Part shown: positions 58,901-64,000 of the stretch, piece after piece
How positions within the stretch are numbered: the first letter of the stretch is position 1
Layout of the letters: the number at the start of each line of letters is the position of its first letter
Assembly (NCBI GenBank): GCA_028534125.1
Contig: CM052844.1
Location: 248,001 to 312,000, forward strand
Direction: 5' to 3'
Length of the DNA: 64,000 nt
Source of the DNA: Lama glama
Lineage: Eukaryota
Notes under the pieces: model-generated
What the model saw: only the letters and a program-made list of their open reading frames with translations
The model's database searches: none
What the model was told of the DNA's origin: nothing
Position numbers and translations under genes: made by a program

Positions 58901-61900
58901 CAGCACCTGCGGCGAGGGTGGCAGGGGACAGATGAGCGGCCTCTGGAGGAAGGAGCAGCAGACCCCCACCCCAAGCCTGTCTTTCCCCATCCGCACCCTG
59001 GGGGCCAGGGGCCGGCCTGGCTGGCTGTGGCAATGCCGTGCTGGGAGTCCTGGGCAGGGAGGCTGGGGGCCGGTGCTCACCTCTGTGCCCTGCCGTGGTC
59101 ATCCCTCAGCGGGAACAGCTGCTCCTCCACCTTGTCCCACCGCTCCAGGCAGCTCCACAGCCAGTCGGGGTTGACCACGTGCAGCTGCCCACACTCCTGG
59201 GCCTGGCGCACCTTCTCCGTGCCTGCAAGCAAACACCCGTCAGTGCAGTGCTGCCGTCAGGGCAAGGTGCGCAGGCTGGGGTCCCGGAGGGGTGACCTCA
59301 CAGCAGGGCGGTAGGCCAGGTTTGCAGGGACACCGTTTCATGATGGCTCAGGAAGGGTCTCAAGCCTCCGCTGGTACCACCTCTCTCAGTGTCCACTGCA
59401 GAGCCTGCAGCTCGCTCTCTTCCCGAGAACACAGTACCACGTCCCCAAGTCCTGCTCCACTGCCCCAATCAGGAAGCCGCTGCAAGCCCCTCTCCTTGCT
59501 ACACGGAGTCTCAGCTCCTCCGCTGGCCGTTTAAGGTCACAACCCTAGTCCCCCTCTGCTGGGACCCCTCATTTCTCCACCCCTGGAGCCCGCCGTCTCC
59601 CACCATCTCCCAGAACAGTAACAGACCACTCTGGATGCAGGCGGGGCAGACACACAACAGCACCTGATGTCCTGGGAAGGTCTCCTCCACCATCGGGGAG
59701 GGCCTGTCCCACCCGCGAGTTCACAGAGGACCTTGCAGATCATGCTCTGTTGGGGGCAGGTGTTCAGAAGCCCTGACTCAGCGGCTGCAGATGAGGGAGG
59801 GGCAATGACCAGAGAGGCCGGCCTGCAGCAGGCTTTGTTTGGAAAACACCAAACTGCTTCAAGGAAGTAATGAGGTTCTTCTGACTTTCTTTAAAGGAAA
59901 AGGGCGTGAGCATGCCTTCACGGTGCGCCAATCACTGAGGGGCCGTCCGCTCGGCTGAGACCAGCAGTGCCTGAGCACCTGAGGGAAGCTCCGCCGTAAC
60001 CCTCACTCACCACCTATATTCAACCGGGGTGCACATGGGTCCTGACCAATCTGCGCCTCCCCTGTTCAACCTCGACACGTGTGACCACACACAGCGGCTG
60101 GGCAGACGCGCTGGGGCCCCAGCTCCACCCCGACCCAGGTACAACCTGCTCATTTCACACGCGGCACGGGGCCACACGCGGGGACAGCCGCCGAGTCAGA
60201 GCTGGGGCTGTCCCCAGGGAGAGGCTGCACCAGGACCCCACTCCCACCAGGGAAGGCCCGACTCACCGGCCCGCGCCGCGATCAGGTGGGTGGCCCTGTC
60301 GGGGGCGTCGGGGTCCAGCACCAGCTGGGTGAGGATGCGCGCACCGAGCGCCGTGGCGTGGTAGTGCTCCCGCGTCTTCTCCACCGGGAAGTCTGTGGGG
60401 TGCAGCCCACTGAAGATGATGGCGACATCAGCCAGCACCCTGCTCCTGAGCTCGGGCACAATCTTCCGGATGTCGGGGGGCTCCCGGGCCTCCCCGCGGA
60501 GGAAGCGGTCGTACTTGGCGTAGTAGTCAGAGTGCACACGGGCCAGGATCTCCTCCAGGTGCACCAGGTGGTCATCGTCGTCGGCGTCCTCCTCCTCCTC
60601 CTCCTCCTCCTCCACGCTCTGGTCCAGGGACTCACCCACCGTGATGCCTGACTGCTCGCTGTTCTGCGACTCCGTCTCGGCCTCCTTCCTGTCAGCACAG
60701 CCGCTGCCCAGCCCGCAGAGGCCGTCCCGCTCGCCCTCCTCCTGGCCGTCCAGGTGGGCACCGGGCGTGGGCTCCCCGCAGTGGTTGGCACCCGCAGGCC
60801 TGTCCGCCGCTGCGCCGGGTGGGCCGCCCTTGCCGGCGTCCCGGGGGGCCTTGGTCTTCCGGGCCCTCTTCTCCCCGCTCTCGCAGTCAGAGGCGGCGGG
60901 GGACGGCCGGCCTTCAGACTCACTGCTGCTCCCGCTGTCACTGGGGACGTCCAGCTCCAGGTCGGGGCCTGTGGGGCCCCACACGGGCCGCTTCTCGGGC
61001 TGTGTCCGCCCCCGCTGCTGTACACATGATGGGGGCCCCCTGCCATCGGCCCCAGGGGTGCGGGCGGCGGGCCGGGCGCCCCTGTCCTCCTCTTGCCCAG
61101 GCCAGGGCCAGCCCCCCCGTGGAGCAGCACCTCCGTTTAGCTCCCTCGCTGGTTTCCCGAGGCCGTTGCTCTGCTCAACCCCAGACACCTGCCTTCCTTC
61201 CTCGGGGTCCCTGACGGATGGAGGCTGTTCCGGGATGTCGGCACCTTTTAGAAGAAGGATTTACTACACGTGTGCACGAGAGAAAAAGGTGTGTCACTCA
61301 GCATCTAACAGGGACTTCCCGCTCAAGCAGACCTGGTTGCCTCCCACGGCTGCGGGCTTGAACCCCACTCTGGCCCAGGGTTGGCAAACCTCTGCTGGGA
61401 GGAGCTGGAGAGAAAACACTCAGGTCTGGGGACCTCACACGCTCACTCTGCTTTGGTTTCCACGACGACACAAAACATGCCGCATGCTTAGTGTCCAGGC
61501 CGCGGTCAGGCTGGGCCTGTGGACGGCAGCCTCCACAAGCCGTGCTGTCCAGCCTGATCCTCCGTGGGGATGCTCTTGGGTCCCACCCCTCCTGGCCTGC
61601 ACCTCAGGGTCATTTCAGTGACTGCAGCAATAACCGTATGCCTCGAAGTATTTCATTTAAAAACTAAAGATCATCAGAAAAACTTCATTTAAACCAAAAC
61701 TTTAAATTTTCTCCAGATTTTAGGTTCAGGCTTGCCTGGCAGGCGCAGCTGCACGCCTCCCCGCTGGCTCCGGGCCAGGGCACGGCGTCGGCCTCCCGCG
61801 TGCCAGAGCCTCACACCAGTGTGCTCTCTGCACACAGTGCAGCGGCCAGATTCCCAGAGTCACGTTTGTCCTTCAAGGAAAGCTGGGAATGAAAGGCAGT

Positions 61901-63997
61901 ATTCAGATGCACTAAGTTGTATTCTTTAATCTTCACTCACTCAAAAAACGTTTAGGTTAGTACTGTCAGAAAAAAATAACTGAAGCCAAATAATATCGTG
62001 CTTTTCAGCGTAAATAAATAAACCAACAACCTGTATAACTAAAGTAATAAAAAGAAATAAAACCAAACTGAATTCTGAATTTACAGTGGCCGTGACAGAG
62101 ATGAGAGGAGAAAAACAGGAGCAAACACTCATCCTCTGACGCCCCGGCGGAGTGGCCCACCTCTCTTCCTGGCCTGAGGCTCCCGGGACCCAGACGGGGC
62201 GTTGACGTCCCCCGTGCCCTGGAAGTACACGTACTTCTTCACAGTGATCAGGTTGGGGGCAAACTTCCAGACGTCTTCTCGGTCATCAATGATGCAAACC
62301 ATTGAGTCTCCACAAGGGAAGAGATTTCTGGGAGTAAGAACCCATCAAAATTACCAGCACAGTTTATAAAATAATCCTCAATCAGAAGTTAAGAGTGTCT
62401 CTTATATGAAACCACCGGAGAGCAAATTCCCTAGAAACAGATACACTGAGAGCCTTCATTCAGCTCGCGTGTAAAATCTCCAAGTTTCCGCAGAAAGCAA
62501 CACTAAGACAGGCTTCTTCGCTTCTGAGATCCCTCAAAGCGGGAGTCAGAACACTTCCTCTAAAGGGCCAGAGGGACGGGGTTGTTCAGGGGCCTCGGGA
62601 GCCCTCGTCCACAGAAAGCTGGTGTGGACCAGTAGGGCTGGCCGCACCCCAACACGACTTCATCTACACACACAGGTGTCCAGCCCACGGCCAGGGGAGA
62701 GCTCTCAGTCACAGGGGGAGGGCGAGCCCTTACTCGAATCTCAGCTGTCTGGAATACCCAACCGTTCCCTGCAGGGCACCTACCTGACATCGAGTCCAGA
62801 AAGGGATTACTGTTCTCCCCGAAGCTGTCAGGGTGCACGGGGTGAGCAGAAATATGAGCGAGGGTCCAAAAAGCCACTTAACAAAAGCGGACCTCCCTGT
62901 GGGCTTTTAACTTGATTTCTGCCCACGACTGAGACCCACGGAGGGAGGTGCCGAGAGCCAAACTTCAGAGGGTGCGAGCCCTGTGCCTGCCTCCTGGGTC
63001 GAAAAGCAAACCCAGGAGGGGCGCCTGACGCCCTTCAGGTTCTCCAGCAGCCGATTAAGCCTGCGACTGCCCAGAAAAAGTGTTCATGCGTCCGAAGTTA
63101 ATGTTATTTCCTGAGTCTGTTTTCGTCGTGGCAGGTGAAACACAAAAGGCAGCTCAAGTACCCGGCACACTTAACTCCAGATGCGGGAGGTAAAAACCAC
63201 ACCAAATCTAGCCCAGGGAGCAGACCCAGCGGCCCAGACCTGCACCACCCGAGGGCCCTGGAGCCCGCTCCCCCCACAACACCCACAAAAAGTGGTGTCT
63301 GATGTAGTGTAATGGGGCGGGCTACTTTTCTGGGTAGAAGTGGGGAAATTCTTTGTACAGGGGAAGCAAAAAATTCTCAAAATATAAAACAGCCCTTTGT
63401 CAATGCCTGGCCATCCCTGTGGTGAAAGCAAAGGCCAGGACAGGGAGGGGAGGAGTGGGAGCAGGCACTGTCGGACTCAGGACTGTATCACGTCCTGAGG
63501 GACAACAGCACACGAGAGTCTAAAGCCAACACCCCTGCCAGCAACCCCTCGAGACTCCTGACCCGGCAAAGCCACCGCCTTGCCCGCGGGGAGCCCTGGG
63601 TGTCCCTCTCCCACCACCTCCACTCGCCCCCTTCCAACTGCTACGACTCCACTGCTCTCGGGGCCTCTCCCCACCCCTGTCGCCCTGGGCTCCGGCCCCA
63701 AGTTCCCCAGAACCGCCAGTGCCTGGACATCCATAGAGACGCAGGGATGGGAGGGTCTGGGGAGAAGACAGCCGGCATGCTAAGTGCAGGAAAACCAACA
63801 GTGGGAACCAGGAGAATCAAGGCAGAACCGCTGTCTGACGCTCCAAGTGCAGTCAGCGGGGACGGCACGGGCGCCCCAGCAAGGAACACACCAACCAGGT
63901 ACATACCTCAGATTCCCTGTTTTAGAAAACGGGTCAATACATTCGTCCCTCGATAATATTCGGTGAGAAAAAAGCTTCTTCTCAGGATCCAAGAACC
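46836..63997 (-). CDS. CTDP1: CTDP1 (FCP1) RNA polymerase II CTD phosphatase, 3' portion (8 coding exons, human exons 6-13 equivalent); 5' exons lie beyond the right edge
   Basis: Spliced translation gives recognisable FCP1: FLDPEKKLFSHRILSRDEC, CIIDDREDVW (catalytic FCPH domain), BRCT (IIFSGLHP...THLIAARAGTEKV...VVNPDWLWSC), and C-terminal TFIIF-binding helix EADEMAAALEAELGDLM*. All introns GT-AG with compatible phases except the exon-8 anomaly. Confidence 0.99.
47076..47260 (-). CDS. CTDP1: CTDP1 exon 12 equivalent (185 nt)
   Basis: cag|GTG GAT GAC...CCC AG|gtgagc; VDDILGEGSDDSDSERRRPEEQEEE...GRGP(R). Confidence 0.95.
48161..48275 (+). repeat. Degenerate ~14-bp minisatellite (GCACACGCGGGGAG-like) in CTDP1 intron 11
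   Basis: gcacatgcgaggag gcacacgcggggag gtacatgcgggcac gtacacgcggggag ... Confidence 0.75.
50602..50764 (-). CDS. CTDP1: CTDP1 exon 11 equivalent (163 nt)
   Basis: tttcag|G GCT GTT...AGA GAG|gtgagg; MFGEDVPDHQDGEPPGPPRRKRQPSLSETMPLYTLCREDLESMDRE. Confidence 0.96.
58155..58358 (-). CDS. CTDP1: CTDP1 exon 10 equivalent (204 nt)
   Basis: gcag|G GAG GAC...TTC AG|gtacgt; EDGPAAFPDRQGVLPTTLFHPTPVHPKALPGPEARVYDASTGRLIRKG. Confidence 0.95.
59081..59222 (-). CDS. CTDP1: CTDP1 exon 9 equivalent (142 nt, BRCT C-half)
   Basis: gcag|GC ACG GAG AAG...CAG AG|gtgagc; TEKVRQAQECGQLHVVNPDWLWSCLERWDKVEEQLFPLRDDHGRAQ. Confidence 0.97.
60267..61263 (-). CDS. CTDP1: CTDP1 exon 8 equivalent (large exon: linker, acidic tract, BRCT N-half); acceptor at 61263 is out of frame by +1, alternative in-frame acceptor at 61244
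   Basis: ORF 60196..61188 matches FCP1 (GLCGLGSGCADRKEAETESQNSE, DDHLVHLEEILARVH, PDIRKIVPEL); donor GCC G|gtgagt at 60267. Confidence 0.93.
61377..61545 (+). mobile_element. MER58-like DNA transposon fossil in CTDP1 intron 7
   Basis: cagggttggcaaacctctg...gagaaaacactcaggtct resembles the MER58 5' end. Confidence 0.4.
62161..62327 (-). CDS. CTDP1: CTDP1 exon 7 equivalent (167 nt)
   Basis: cccag|A AAT CTC...AGA G|gtgggc; NLFPCGDSMVCIIDDREDVWKFAPNLITVKKYVYFQGTGDVNAPSGSREPQARKR; not in the ORF track. Confidence 0.97.
63907..63997 (-). CDS. CTDP1: CTDP1 exon 6 equivalent (91 nt)
   Basis: tag|GG TTC TTG GAT...AAT CTG AG|gtatgt; (G)FLDPEKKLFSHRILSRDECIDPFSKTGNL(R). Confidence 0.97.
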
Positions 63998-64000
63998 CTA

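Noticed and set aside
60282-61621. Antisense and alternative-frame ORFs over CTDP1 exon 8 (326 aa +, 282 aa -)
   Set aside because: Shadows of a GC3-rich coding exon.

Overview
GC-rich, repeat-laden placental-mammal genomic DNA (draft assembly, one 133-nt N gap); no bacterial/phage features. (1) 46.1-64.0 kb, minus strand: the 3' eight coding exons (equivalent to human exons 6-13) of CTDP1/FCP1, the RNA Pol II CTD phosphatase, with 3'UTR and AATAAA. Two oddities: a +1 frameshift just after the exon-8 acceptor, rescuable by an AG 19 nt downstream, and a last intron of only 95 nt. (2) 18.0-19.7 kb: a strong CpG island with a minus-strand first exon and donor, by synteny most likely the KCNG2 promoter/exon 1, followed by a decayed ~49-bp x7 array. 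The 0-18 kb side is then intron filled with old L1 fossils and small VNTRs. (3) Main discovery: between CTDP1 and the island (about 22.0-45.0 kb, minus strand) lies a chain of ~15 decayed exon-like segments. Most have AG/GT boundaries, several neighbouring pairs are phase-compatible, and they carry scattered stops and frameshifts. One carries a near-perfect pol-beta-type nucleotidyltransferase signature (GS-x8-DSD-x-H), and motifs recur in tandem. I interpret this as a unitary pseudogene of a multi-domain nucleotidyltransferase-like (RlaP/Nuc-transf-like) gene that I do not recognise as annotated. That assignment is pattern-based and needs a homology search.
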